A DNA stretch of 64,000 nucleotides from assembly GCF_009914755.1 (NCBI RefSeq), contig NC_060928.1; one strand, 5' to 3'. Each line of letters begins with the position of its first letter. Within the stretch, counting starts at the first letter, position 1. The position numbers and the translations under genes were made by a program. Positions 42,422 through 59,120 of the stretch are shown here, piece by piece. Source of the DNA: the human T2T-CHM13v2.0 reference genome, Homo sapiens. A model generated the notes under the pieces. It searched no databases, was not told where the DNA came from, and saw nothing but the letters and a program-made list of their open reading frames with translations.

Positions 42422-44520
42422 CAGCTGATTATTTTGCTCATAAGTTGATGCAGTTTCTTCCTAGCATTGATGATCTTTACAATTTGGCATGTTTTTGCAG
42501 CGGCTGGTACTGGTTGTTCCCTTCCATGTTTAGTGCTTCCTTCAGGAGCTCCTGTAAGGCAGGCCTGGTGGTGACAAAATCTCTCGGCATTTGCTTGTCT
42601 GTAAATAATTTTATTTCTCCTTCACTTATGAAGCTTAGTTTGGCTGGATATGAAATTCTGGGTTGAAAATTCTTTAAGAATGTTGAATACTGGTCCCCAC
42701 TCTTTTCTGGCTTGTAAGGTTTCTGCCAATAGATCTGCTGTTAGTCTGATGGGCTTCCCTTTGTGGGTACCCCGACCTTTCTCTCTGGCTGCCCTTAACA
42801 TTTTTTTCCTTCATTTCAACCTTGGTGAATCTGACAATTATGTGTCTCCTGGAGTTGCTCTTCTCAAGGAGTATTTTTATGGTGTTCTTTGTATTTCCTG
42901 AAGTTGAATGTTGGCCTGCCTTGCTAGGTTGGGGAAGTTCTCCTGGGTAATATCCTGAAGAGTGTTTTCCAATTTGGTTCCATTCTCCCCATCACTTTCA
43001 GGTACACCAATCAAATGTAGATTTGGTCTTTTCATTTAGTCCCATATTTCTTGGAGGCTTTGTTTCTTTTTACTCTTTTTTCTCTAGCCTTGTCTTCTCA
43101 CTTTATTTAATTAATCTGATCTTCAATCACTGATATCCTTTCTTCCACTTGATTGAATCAGCTATTGAAGCTTGTGCATGCATCACGAAGTTCTCGTGCC
43201 ATGGTTTTCAGCTCCATCAGGTCATTTAAGCTCTTCTATACATTGTTTATTCTAGTTAGCCATTCTTCTAACCTTTTTTCAAGGTTTTTAGCTTCCTTGT
43301 GATGGGTTTGAACATGCTCCTTTAGCTCAGAGAACTTTATTTCCGACCTTCTGAAGCCTATTTCTGTCAACTTGTCAAAGTCATTCTCTGCCCAGCTTTG
43401 CTCTGTTGCTGGCGAGGAGCTGCGATCCTTTGGAGAAGAGGTGCTCTGGTTTTTAGAATTTTCAGCTTTTCTGCTCTGGTTTCTTCCCATCTTTGTAGTT
43501 TTATCTACCTTTGGTCTTTGATGTTGGTGACCTACAGATGGGGTTTTAGTGTGGATGTCCTTTTTGTTGATGTTGATGGTATTCCTTTCTGTTTGTTTTT
43601 CTTCTAACAGTCAGGTTCCTCAGCTGCATGTCTGTTGGAGTTTGCTGGAGGTCCACTCCAGACACTGTTTGCCTGAGTATTAACAGTGGAGGCTGCACAA
43701 CAGCAAGTAGTGCACAACAGCAAGTACTGCAGCCTCTGATCCGTCCTCTGGAAGCTTCATCCCAGAGAGGCACCCACCTGTATGAGGTGTCTGTCTGCCC
43801 CTACTGGGCAGTGTCTCCCAGTTAGGCTACACACGGTCAGGGGCCCACTTGAGGAGGCAGTCTGTCGGTTCTCAGAGCTCAAACGCCTTGCGGGGACCAC
43901 CACTGCTCTCTTTGGTGCTGTCAGACAGGGAGGTTTAAGTCTCAAAGTTTCTCCTGCCTTTTGTTCAGCTATGCACTGCCCACAGAGGTGGAATCTATAG
44001 TGGCAGTAGGCATTGCTAAGCTGCGGTGGGCTCTGCCCAGTTTGAGCTTCCTAGCAGCTTTGTTTACCTACTCAAGCCTCAGCAATAGTGGATGCCCCTC
44101 CCCACACCAGGCTGCAGCCTTGCAGGTCGATCTGACTGCTGCACTAGCAGTGAGCAAGGCTCTGTGGGTGTGGGACCTGCTGAGCCAGGCATGGGAGAGA
44201 ATCTCCTGGTCTGCCAGTTGCTAAGACTGTTGGAAAAGTGCACTATCTGGGTGGAAGTGTCCCATTTTTCCAGGTACAGTCTGTCATGGCTTCCCTTGGC
44301 TAGGAAAAGGAAATCCTCTGACCCCTTGCACTTCCCAGGTGAGGCCACGCCCCACCCTGCTTTGGCTCATCCTCCATGGGCTACACCCACTGTCCAACTA
44401 GTTGCAATGAGATGAGCTAAGTACCTTAGTTGGAAATGCCAAAATCACCCGTCGTCTGCATTGACGATGCTGGGAGCTGCAGACTGGAGCTCTTCCCATT
44501 TGGCCATCTTGGAACGGAAC
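42422..44520 (-). mobile_element. Second LINE-1 5' portion (5'UTR + ORF1, L1PA6/7-like) abutting the first L1
   Basis: Repeats the 40331-42418 region with different diagnostic indels. ORF1 start MGRNQSRKAENSKNQSTSSPKDRSSSPATEQSW; 5' end TTCCAAGATGGCCAA at about 44514. Confidence 0.95.
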
Positions 44521-45650
44521 TCAGACTGACTTTCTAGGCCACTGACCCGATGGGCAGGCCATTGGGTTCTGCCAGAGATGAGCATATATTCTCATCTTAG
44601 GCCACTCCTTATTCCAGAAAAATAGATTATTAAAACAGCTAGAGATGTCAATTACTTGCCCTACATAGTGGGCCAGAGAGGCTTATCAAGGATGCCACAA
44701 ACATAATATATAGCCAAGCTGCTTTGCAATTGAAAATCATGTCTTAAGCCAACACTTGGGACATAAGTTGGTCTCTTTCCTAATCTCAAAACTGCATTAG
44801 TGATGCTGACAGAGGCTTTAAACTCCTGAAATATCTACACTTGTGGCTGAGGATATACCCGTCTTTTGTGCCTGTGCCCTTCTGGTAAAGCAGTGAGGAA
44901 GGTCTGTTATTTAGCAAAGAGCATATTTTTGAAAAAAGTTTGATTTGATAATGACTTTGTTAAAGAGATTTGATCACTTACGGCAGCAACTGATATATGC
45001 AAATCACTTACTAGGGCAAGCTGAAAACTGGCTATGGGGTATTCTGGGCCCCAGTCAGTAATACTTAAGGCTTCTGGCAAATGTCACTTTACAAAAGGCC
45101 AGGGAGTGAGAAATGGATGATGATGATAGTTTGGGGGAGAGGAGGTGGTGGCAAGGATCTTTTTGTCCAGTAGGTAGATTGTGATTTAAAAGTGTTTGAC
45201 AAATTGTAATGAAATGTCCTCATTGTCTTCAGGATGAGATTGAAATCTGTGGTTTTTAGGCCTTAGATTTTTGTAGTTTTTTAAGTTGTATGAAAGTTGA
45301 TCTTACCAATTATCTAACAAAAATGTATTCCAAAGCTAAGAACAACTCTACAAGAGGTATATAGAAACAGCTCTGGGCATGGAGGTCATGCAACATTCCT
45401 GCCTTTATAGCCTCTTGGAGGTTAGTTCTTAATCTGCATCCAGAGTTGGAAATCTGTTAATACAACATCCTAGAGCACAGGCAGCCAGTGATTCTGAGTG
45501 ATGAAGGGCCTGATTCCACTTAACTACAGAATTGTCTTGACATTCAAGGGGGAGCTTCCATGAACCATTTCTGGTGCTACAGACTGTGGAATGGAGTATT
45601 GATGTTACTTCTCTGGCAAAACTATATTCTATACTTGACTCTCAAATGGA
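44521..45650 (+). repeat. Duplication block continuing from 36312 (paralogue of 55170-56480)
   Basis: CAGAGATGAG.ATATATTCTCATCTT (44573/55216); CTGACAGAGGCTT..AAACTCCTGAA (44806/55444); TTGAAATCTGT (45240/55808); TGTTACTTCT.TGGCA (45603/56440). Confidence 0.85.
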
Positions 45651-48578
45651 TCAACTGTTACATGTGGGTCAGGCTCAGGAAGAAAGGGTTACAGAGCCTT
45701 GGCCTGGTGAAAAGTTGGCTAGCACTTGCCAGTCTTTATAAAGCACGGGGAGGTAAAATGCATCTACCCATTCAGCTCAGTAAAGCACTGCTCTTTACTT
45801 ATAGCAGTCTCCTATTAGAAGCTCTTCCTTCCTATTACCGACATTCAGGAACTCAACTGATCCCAACTGGTAAAAAATCACTCTAGAAATGCACATGAAA
45901 GCAAGTCCTGCACCTAAAGGCTAGAAGGCACTTTTGTAGGTCTCTTCACTGGCTTATTTGACCAGATAGGTCAAAAAAAGTTGATCAGGGTATTTGGGCT
46001 TTCCTTCCTCTGAAGGAGACACATAGTGACTCTAGGGTGTAGTATCTGAGTCCATAGGACATGGCTATTAACTGATCACTGAGTTCCTCCATGTTTTATG
46101 AGATGTGGCTGGCTCTGAGCATCTATCTCTTTTGAATAAAGCAGTCTTGGGAGTGTGTACAGTGATACACAAGCTTGCTTTCACATCTGAATGTACCTGA
46201 GTGTGCCTAGTTGAAATTAAAAGCTTTTTCATTGCTGCCTTGTGGCCTCATACATGCAGATGCCAAAAAGGAATTGAATGTTTGAGTTCTGGGAGGAGAA
46301 AGTTCTGTGAGGGATACAGGAGAGGAAGCTGGAAAGATCTGGGTGTAGATCCACTTATAATGCAGGTCAGGCCCTGTGAAGGAAAATACTGGATAGGAAG
46401 TAGCTTAGACTGAGGTGATACTAAGTGCCTTGGCAAGGCCGATGGCAAATACTAGAGCCCAGATTGCCCATTAGAGGAGTGGTGAGTGTCCTAAATAGGA
46501 CGGCCTTAGCATCCCAGCTGCACCTGGGCATCAGTTGGAAACGACCACACATGGGATGTATGGCATTCTAATGGCTCCACAGGTGGCCACTGTGCTGCAC
46601 AGGTACACTTATCTGTACAAGTTGACAGAAGTAACTGTCCCACAGGCTCCTGTTCTTGAGGGGAAACTGAGGAAAGATGGTGGGATGCAATGTGGCTCCT
46701 GTGGCTGGAGTTGATCTTGGGTCAGAATTGAAACTCATTCTCTGCCACCTCCTGGTAATTATGCAACAATGCAATTGTTGACATACTCATCACTTTGATC
46801 TCTACAAACTGATTCGAGCCTCACTCTTATAATCTGGATGATTCTTCTTGTACCCACGTGTGGGTTTCCAGGCTAGGTCTGCTTGGATTGTATTTCAGTA
46901 TAAGGCAGAGACTTGGTTAGAAATGAACTGAACATAAGACTGCCTCTATCAGAGGCAGGTACCTAAACATGGAGTTTTAAACGAAGTATAAGGGCCTTTC
47001 TGGGTTCTGGGGTCTTGAGTCAGGGTTGGGGGAAAACTAACGAGTTGTTGGTCCTGTGAGAACCCCATACTGAGGCAGGATTGTACATGTAGGAACTTAC
47101 TGGAAGGCAGCTATGCTTACCAGTGTACCACCTAAGCTGCAAGAACTTATTTCATGTTCTGTCAGCCAACCCACTACCTGGAATTGCCCCAAAAGCAACA
47201 GCTGGGGAGTTCACTCATGGGACTTGCCCACCATCCCAAGATGGGGCCAGCTGGGAATCCAAATGCACTAAATGCCAGGGGGATAAATCTAAAACACCTA
47301 CCAGGAAGCTTGCTTACAAAATGCAGGGATCCTTGTGGATAGTGAAAGGGTATCTTGGGTATGTCCCCAATGAGTGGGACAGGTTAGTGTTTTGAGTCTT
47401 CAGAATTTGACTAGGCATGGGGCTAGCCTTTACGTGTTAATCAACATGCTTGATGCAACAGCCTAAACAAGTTCGTCAGTGCCTGAGAATATTCAAGGAC
47501 CCTGGCTTTGGTTCAAGCTTGGGAATACATGCAGCTGGCCAAGGTATTCTGTATCTGTTAGTCTGTCTGTTCTTTCTGTTGCAATAGATGCCTGTGAGAA
47601 AACAGGAGCTGCAGGAGAGCCTTCATCCCACAAAAAGAGGTTCTCTATAGAAGCCTCATGTGGCAGTGAAGTTACAGAAGAGTTCTGGGTAGACTGGTAA
47701 ATCTGAATCCAGGTTGATACAGAAGGGTGAAAAAAGCATTATAAACTCACACTGATCCTACACTAGGTTTATGTCCTACAGCAGACACTTTTCCGATGCT
47801 GTCTCAACATTTGTTTCCCTATTGTCAGCCAAATGACTGCTGACTTTGTTTTGGAGATTATTTCATATACTGTTTATATCCTTGGTCATTCTCAGCCATA
47901 GGTCTGGATGACTTGAGCATATTAGGGCATCCCATTTCCCTGCCTACATTCCCATGACTACCATAGATTGTGAAGGGATGGGCATACTATCAAGATGGGC
48001 ATGCCACTAAAACCCAAGGTGATACTGCTGGAATTGATTGATAATGTTTCAAGAAGAGCTTTGAAATAAATACCTGAAGTGTAGAGCAAGTCCATCATGA
48101 TGGGAGAGTCTGGAACTTGCCATCCAGAGGGTTGTAGTGGGGCTCTGTAGACTCCGAGCATGAATATGATATGAAGGATACAGAAGATGTAAGGAAATCT
48201 GGTTCTTGGTGAAAATGAGCCTATTGAAGTAGTCTCAGCTGGAGCCAGCACTATATTTATATTCTTGAGTCAATTAATTTCCTTTTTAAGCCAGTGCAGT
48301 TGGGTGTTGGTCATCTGTTATCCAAAGAATCCTAACAGTTACAGCCCAAAGAAACACCAAGAATGTGTGTATTAGAGTAAATTGGTTTATCGCTTGCAAG
48401 ACTAATACTGACCTTTAGCTAATAAACAGGGGGCATTAGGTAGAACTAAGTAACACTAATGCTTTCCAGACTAAACTTGAAAATGCAGTGGGAGGAGGTA
48501 GAATATCTCCCAAAGGGAGTTGGAAACGGTATGCCTTGACCAACATAACACCTACATTATCACATCCATATGCTTATA

Positions 48579-49167
<589 letters not shown>

Positions 49168-49236
49168 AACTGCTTATAACAAAGTTTACCAGCATAGATG
49201 CCATTTTTATAGACAAGGTATTGCTTTAAGATGTCA

Positions 49237-52164
<2,928 letters not shown>

Positions 52165-55100
52165 GTGTGTTCAAACTAGGTTGTTTTTCTTACCCATTAC
52201 CATAGTCTCACTTTGTTATTCCTGTAAGTATATTTAGGGAACAATGTTACCCTCCAAGTCTGGGGATGGAAAAGTGCAGACTGGTAAAAGAAATGCTCTT
52301 GTTTAAGTGTTGTGCACCCAGGTCTGACGTGCATAGATCTACTGGTGAGCCTAACCCTTTACAGAGAAGCCTGCCATGGACCCCACATTGCCTGATGTCA
52401 GAGGCTTGCCACAGAAAGGTTTCAACAGAGGTAGACTGGAACACAAATTCACAGCTGTGGGTGAAATGGCTCTTGCAGCACTTCTTGCCCATGAAGCCAA
52501 CATAGCCTTCTGAGTGGAAGTTACCATCTTAATCCTTCTCATCTTAGTCCTCTTCCGAAGCCTTGTCCTCTTGGTCATTGCCAATCAAATGACTGAAATT
52601 TCACCTGTGAGATTTCAGGAATCTTCTTCACACCTCTACTATGTTTCACACATGCCTTTGTTCAGGGTAAGCATGTTTCTAGAGCTCCAAACTTGTTTTC
52701 TGGCCATTGGTACTCAAATGTTAGCACTAGTTCTGTGAAATGTCACAATACATTTTATTAATCTACCTCATTAATCAGACACAAAATGGTTAGCAAGGGA
52801 AGAATTGCTATTTTAGAACTAGGTTTTGGGCAAGCTTTGACCTGTTCGTGAGTTTCAGGATGATAAACTACTTTTAACAGAGTTCCTGAAATTGACATCT
52901 ACCATTGAAGAAACACTTGGTTTCATTTTACTAAGCTACTCCCTAATGGAAATGTGAGGATCACATTTTCCTTGCTGAATTCCCAACTAAATACCATTCT
53001 AACTTGACTCTGTTTGCAGGAACATGCAGGGGAAGGCAAAGCAAGAGTTGGTGGCAGAGTTACCTGAGTCCTAGTCAGTTCAGACCCAGTGAACCTCCAA
53101 TCAAAACAAATGTGAATTCTGGTCCTGCTGGTCAGTCTGTGTTCACTCCTCTGGCCACTTAAGTTTTGGATGGTTGGTGATAAGCTACCTGTTGAGGCAT
53201 TGATTAGAGCCAAAAGTAGGTAGATAGCTATGCTCAGGAAAGCCAAAAGTAGAAAGATATTGTTTAGAGCAGAAAATGAAAAGACCAGAGCAGAAGAATG
53301 CAAAGTAATTGGCCCAGAGCAAATGGCAGGAGGTAACCTGGCAAACTGTAAAATTAGGATTGGAAAGATGAGGACAAACTTTGGAAGAGAAGATCCATAT
53401 ATACTAGATAACAATATCAAATGGAATAAAGTTAATATCCATAGTGTTAAGATAATAGAGAAATGGACCAAATCATCTGACATAAGATAGTCAACCTCCT
53501 CCTCATGAAGTAGCCTTAGAAGTGTCTTCAGGGGATATGCATGCTTGTCTTCACATCTGAATTCTAGTACTTCAGTTTTAGTTGAAACTAAACTTTTCTG
53601 CTGCTGACTTGTGCCCTCTTACATACAGATGCCAAGATGGAATTAGGTGTACAAGAGTAATGGGAGTGGGAAGAAAGTCTTGTGAGGGAAATAGAGGAGG
53701 GAGTTAGAGGAATTTGGAAGAAGATTAGACCACAAAGCAGGATTGACCTTGTGAAGGAAAGAAGTGTTATGTAGGAAGTGGCTTAGACTGAGGTGCCATA
53801 GTGTTTTGGCAAGGTTTGATGGGTGATTTGGGCTCTGGTACTTGCCATCTAGAGTTCCAAGTGCCTTAAATGGGCCTGCCTTAGCATCCCAACACAAGCG
53901 TCAGTTGGAAAGAGCCAAGGGAAGTGTGTTCTAATGACCAGCACAGTTGACTCCTGTGCTTCAGATCTTCTCTATGGAGGTTCACAGAGCAGTGACTCCT
54001 GGTTTACAGGAGGAAACTTGGAGGATGCTAGTGGGATGAGATACAGCTCCTGCTACCCCAACAACTGATACTAATCCTCTTCCTCCTGCACTAGCCACTC
54101 TAAATTCCATTTGCCCTGAGCCGCCATCTCAGGTGGTTAGTGCTTACCTACTGGTATGAAACAAATGTTAATATTAATGGGTCTGAATCCCTAGTGATCA
54201 TATGCTTTTCAGTTTTGAATGTGAGCTACAATGGGTCAAAGAAGTATGATGACACAAGTCAAACCTGAATTCAACTTATATTAACTTCTCCCTGTGTGTA
54301 GAACAGCCCAAAGCTCTTCCTGCTGACTGTTTTCTTTTCCCTGCAACATGTTTGATGCACAAGGCGATGTGATATCTCATTTGGAGTGATGGAAAATGGC
54401 ACCACTTGGGCTCCTTCCTCATTTTTAGCACCTATGTAGTCTTTCTACTTGGGATAGAGTGTAGAGTATCACATAGATGTTTCTATAATGTGCATCATGG
54501 AGGGCACCAAATTTTCAGTAGTTTAACTGAGTGCTTCTATGCTGTGTGAAGCTGTCTGAACATTGAAGCTACTTGCTTCTGAAAGATGCAGTGACACCAG
54601 TTTATCCCATGATTGAGGTCCACTGTACCTTATATGTGACCTCAGTCCATTGGTGAGATGTCCTTCTGGGTATAATTCCATGCCTGTAGAGGGGACATTG
54701 CAAATAGTGGTGGTAGTGAAGGGTCTCCAACCAAGAAAGACAAACCCATGGCAAGATAGCTATCTATTCCTGTGAGTCTATATTGTAGGCTTTTCTAGAA
54801 GGGAAGGGGTTCAATGTAGTTAACCTGCTACCAAGTAGTATGTTGGTGTCAGAATGCCATATTTAGATCCAATGTTTTATCTCCAGCAGGCTGGACATTC
54901 AGAGGCAGCAGTAGCTAGATTGTCCCTAGAAACTGGCATTCCATGCTGTTGGGTACCTGTGTAGTCTTCATCTTTGTCACTATGGCCACTTATTCTCCCA
55001 TTAGCTGATCCAAGTGGGCTACTGAAAACTGGCACAGCCATTGGGTCTTGTTCACCCAGTCTTCTGTGGTTGATGCTTTGTAGTGGGGCTTAACATAGAA

Positions 55101-55950
55101 CATAAAATCTACCTGTTTTCTACAGGCACGTGCCTTTTCATAGACTTGTTGTCTCAAAATTCCTAATCCCCTTCCGTCTAGTCTACTGACCACGTAGCCA
55201 GGACATTGGCCTCTGCAGAGATGAGGATATATTCTCATCTTGGACTGTGTGTCAATCACCTTAACATAGAGATTCATGGTATAATAGGTTACATTTTCAA
55301 GTCTCCAAAGATGTAGCCTAGAGGCATATTTTCCTTGGTGCTATAACCATAGAGCATAGTCAGGATGCTTTAGAATTGGAAATAGTGTCCTCAGCATTTG
55401 GAACAGAAGTTTGTTTCCTTACCCCAAAATGGTATTAGGTTTACTGACAGAGGCTTATAAACTCCTGAACAAAAATTTGTGATTTAGGAATTTACTTGTC
55501 TTTGGCTCTTTTGATAGAGATGAGGATCTTTCACTTGATTAAAAATAAAGTCTTTAAAGTACAATAGGATTCTCATTTAGTAGCCAAACTTGAAAGCAGA
55601 CTGGCCCTGGGGTATTCATAGTACTAGTCAGTAATGCCTAGGCCTGATGACAAAACCATGAGCCAAAACTTAAAATGAAGGAATACATGTCAGTTTTTGG
55701 CTGAGGTTAGTGGCAGAAATGGATCTCTTGCTCACGAGGTGTTTTCTGACTTCAAGCCCTTTCTTTTGGACAAAGTGAAACTTGCTCTCCTTACTTTTAG
55801 GATGGAGTTGAAATCTGTAGTGTCTTTAGACCTGTGATGCTATTGGTTTTTGTAAGACTCCCTGTACTGAGCGAGTGTGAAGGCCTAGTTTGCGTTTCCT
55901 AAGAAGGCAGAGTTCCCAGGTTAAAAGGAGCTCTATAAGAAGTGTGTGTA

Positions 55951-56202
55951 CGCATATTCTCACTCATAGGTGGGAATTGAACAATGAGATCACATGGACA
56001 CAGGAAGGGGAATATCACACTCTGGGGACTGTGGTGGGGTCGGGGGAGGGGGGAGGGATGGCATTGGGAGATATACCTAATGCTGGATGACACGTTGGTG
56101 GGTGCAGCGCACCAGCATGGCACATGTATACATATGTAACTAACCTGCACAATGTGCACATGTACCCTAAAACTTAAAGTATAATAAAAAAAAAAAAAAA
56201 AA
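55951..56202 (+). mobile_element. Very young 5'-truncated L1 (L1Hs/L1PA2 boundary, ACG/A type), 252 bp
   Basis: GAGATCACATGGACAC..AATATCACACTCTGGGGACTGTGGTGGGGTCGGGGG matches the L1Hs 3'UTR; ACG at 56092-56094; A at the Ta 'G6015' position; pure A tail; perfect 14-bp TSD AAGAAGTGTGTGTA (55937-55950 / 56203-56216). Confidence 0.96.
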
Positions 56203-56999
56203 AAGAAGTGTGTGTAAACACAGTTGGGCTTGGGTGTACACAAGTCCTGCCTTCTAGCCCCCTGTCTGAGTGTGCCAATATGTATCCAAAGTCAATTCTA
56301 TTCCACAAGATTCCTAGAGGACGGGAAAGTCTGAGTGGTGGGGCCTGGCCCATCCACTATGGCAGTCACCTGGATGTTGCAGGGGAGCGGCCACTGAGCC
56401 ACACGTGACGTTCCTGGTTTGGGAATAGTATATCATTGGTGTTACTTCTGTGGCACAGCTCTACATTCTACAAGCTTAAGACCCATCTACATCTTTTCAG
56501 GTCTCACAGAAGATGCAGTAGGACTGATCATTTTGTAAATCACTTTCCTCTGAGGACTGTACTGGCCTGGAGATGAATATTCAACTCTTCATTTCCCACT
56601 ACCAGTAGAGTGGTTGAGTGTGGATCCTCCCTGGCATCACACTGCATGTATAAAGCCAGTTCTTGCACTCTAGGCTTTTGAACCCATAGTGGATGGTGCT
56701 TTCTAATTTTAGAAGGTAGAACCAACTCTGGATTAGGTGTGTTGGGTTGGATAAATAAGCCATGTGGAAAGTGCTCTTGGTGAGGAGCCACACACTAGGC
56801 AAGAAGCCATGCTAGAGGTAAGATCACTGGAATCTAGTGCCATAACAAGTGGGAGAGTTAGGGTGTAGTTACAGAAATGAGAGGAATCCATAACCATGAC
56901 AGGTCAGGGTTGCCAGCATAGGGCAGAACATGTCACTTGGGAGTTGAGGAAGACTGCTATATTCTGGCATTCCAGGCACAGAGAGGATTTGCATTCAAG

Positions 57000-57330
57000 G
57001 ACCTATTTAGAAACAGGTTGAAGTGGAATTTGACATGGAGTAGGTATGTAGAAATCAAATCCTATCTAAGGATGAGAAAGGAAGCAGGATTGGGTGGCAG
57101 GAACACTTAACTACAGTGTGGACCCAGAAATTCCTTGGCCAGTATGGTCAAGTGTGTGGCCCATCACAGTTGTTTAATGGTGGCCTGGGATCACTGGCCT
57201 TCACTGACCTGCTGTACTCAATGATTGGATGAGGGATGCTAGGGGAAGGGCAGGCCCTTGGAGCTGAGGCAAACCCTGTAGGAGGTGGTGGCTGGAGGCT
57301 GCTGGCTGTGCTCCCAGCACCTGAGGCAAT
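57000..57330 (-). mobile_element. Old MLT1 (G-like) LTR remnant
   Basis: GGAAGCAGGATTGGG..CCTTGGCCAGT..ATTGGATGAGGG..CCCTTGG..AGCTGAGGCAA..GCTCCCAGCA are antisense MLT1 motifs. Confidence 0.5.
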
Positions 57331-58569
57331 AAGTCCTTATTGAAGAGAGATCTGGAAATATATTCCCATGGCCTCCAAATCCAGTGGAATTGTCTACCCT
57401 TTCTTGGCTCTGGCTTTTGTTCACACATATGGATAGGCCCAGCACAGCTTTCTTGCCTAGGCCCTACCTTTCCTACTGAGTTCCAAGTGAAATCTGAGCT
57501 TCAGATACTATGACTGAAGTCAGAAGCCATGACTATGACTAGTTTGTTAGGAGACAACTGTAGTCAACTTAGATTCTTTTTAACTAGGGTTAGTATAGGA
57601 GGCTTATGTTTTGCAGAGTCTAAACTTTCAGAACCATCGCGTAGCATATATGGCAAGAGGGGTGGTGCAGGTGGTTGTCACGATGCTTAATGTCACTTGC
57701 ATTGTTAGCATGCCATACTACTTTGGTCAACTTTGCAATTTCCTTGTCCCAGATGGTTTGGACTGCAGGGAGGATTTTCTTTGTCTTGGTCATGTGTAGG
57801 TTCAGGATTTAGGACCTTTTAAAGCTACCCTTTATCTTGACCCTCTGTATTTTGCCACTTGCATGGAAATGTATCCAAGGAGGCACAATCCAGCCAGAAC
57901 TTTGTCACTGGCTGGAGCTGACCAATTATAGGCTTCTTGTCCCAGGCTTTTCAGGTTGAAGATGATGTCTAGGCAAGAGAATCATGTATAAGTTCTCTTA
58001 CAGAAATAAATAGAATAGAAAATATTCAGGACAGGGAAGTGTACTCCAACCCTTTGCTTGCCTCATGACAAAGTGAATGTCTCCCACTTAGACCCTGAGC
58101 CATCAGCAGATGAGAATAGGAGGAAAAGCCTAAAAGGTCTCTTACTGCCTGGAATTGGTGCTTGTATAAGCATGGAGGCCAGATAGGCAATATGGGCTGT
58201 ACAGGTACTAGAGTTGATCCTGAGGCAAGGCAACTCCTATGTGAAGCCTATCATTCCTTGAGTAGCAGCCTTCCAAACAGAACAACCCTTCAGCTTGTCA
58301 CTGTAAGGGACTGGAGTTTTAGGAAGTGGCATATTAACACAGTGTTAAAAATAACTGCTGGTCTGTATCCTGACACATGTAAGTCCCCTGTCTCAAGCCA
58401 GACCTCTATTATACCCTGACCTTCTCAGCAATGAATACAATGTCCTCAATAGCAGAGGTCCCTAACTGAGGTCTCCAAAGCTGTGGCACAGGGAGTAACT
58501 GAGCCACAAGGCAAAGTGTAAGATATTAGTGATAGAACCCAGGGCACAGAAGGCAGTCCGTGCAGGGTG

Positions 58570-59120
58570 GGAAGCCTGTGACATGGCCCCCATTAATATT
58601 TGCTTCTGGTATCCTTCCTATGGTAAGAGCCTTCACTCGAATGTGGATGTAGTGACTTGTTGCTTGACAAACAGATAATGGAAGAAGTGATGGCGTGTCA
58701 TCTGTTATGAGTCTATAAAGACTGTGGCTTCTCTCAGGAGTCCTTACTCTTTATTGGTCTTTGAATATGTTTCCTAGGAGAAATGAGCTGTGTTAACCAA
58801 CCCTTGGGGCGGCCCACTTACTGTGGCCAAAACGAGAAACCTGTTTGACAGACTGTGAGGAACTGAAGCTCACCACCAACTTTGAGCTGAGAAGTAGACA
58901 TTGTGAGGTGTGGGAACTGCCATGAGTCCACCTTGCAGCAGATCCCCTTACTAGTTGAGCCTTGAAACGAGAGTACATCCCCAGCTGAGATCAACTGTCT
59001 CATGTGACATTCACGTAGGTGCCTCTAGCTTCTTTCCCTCAGTCCCTAAACTGGGGCAGTGGTCAAAGACAAATGTTTGCTATGCCATGTTGCTAATTTT
59101 TCAGGTAAGTTCAGTCCATA
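58570..59120 (+). mobile_element. MLT1F-like LTR without the MER44 insertion (paralogue of about 23070-24115)
   Basis: TAGTGACTTG..AAACAGATAATGGAAGAAGTGATGG..AAAGACTGTGGCTTC..TGAGGAACTGA..GCAGATCCCC..AGTTGAGCCTTGA. Confidence 0.6.

Noticed and set aside
52923-53483. 186-aa hydrophobic minus-strand ORF with an overlapping 86-aa + strand ORF
   Set aside because: Composition follows from a purine-rich + strand, I recognise no domain, and the paralogue at about 15.0-15.5 kb has no matching ORF.
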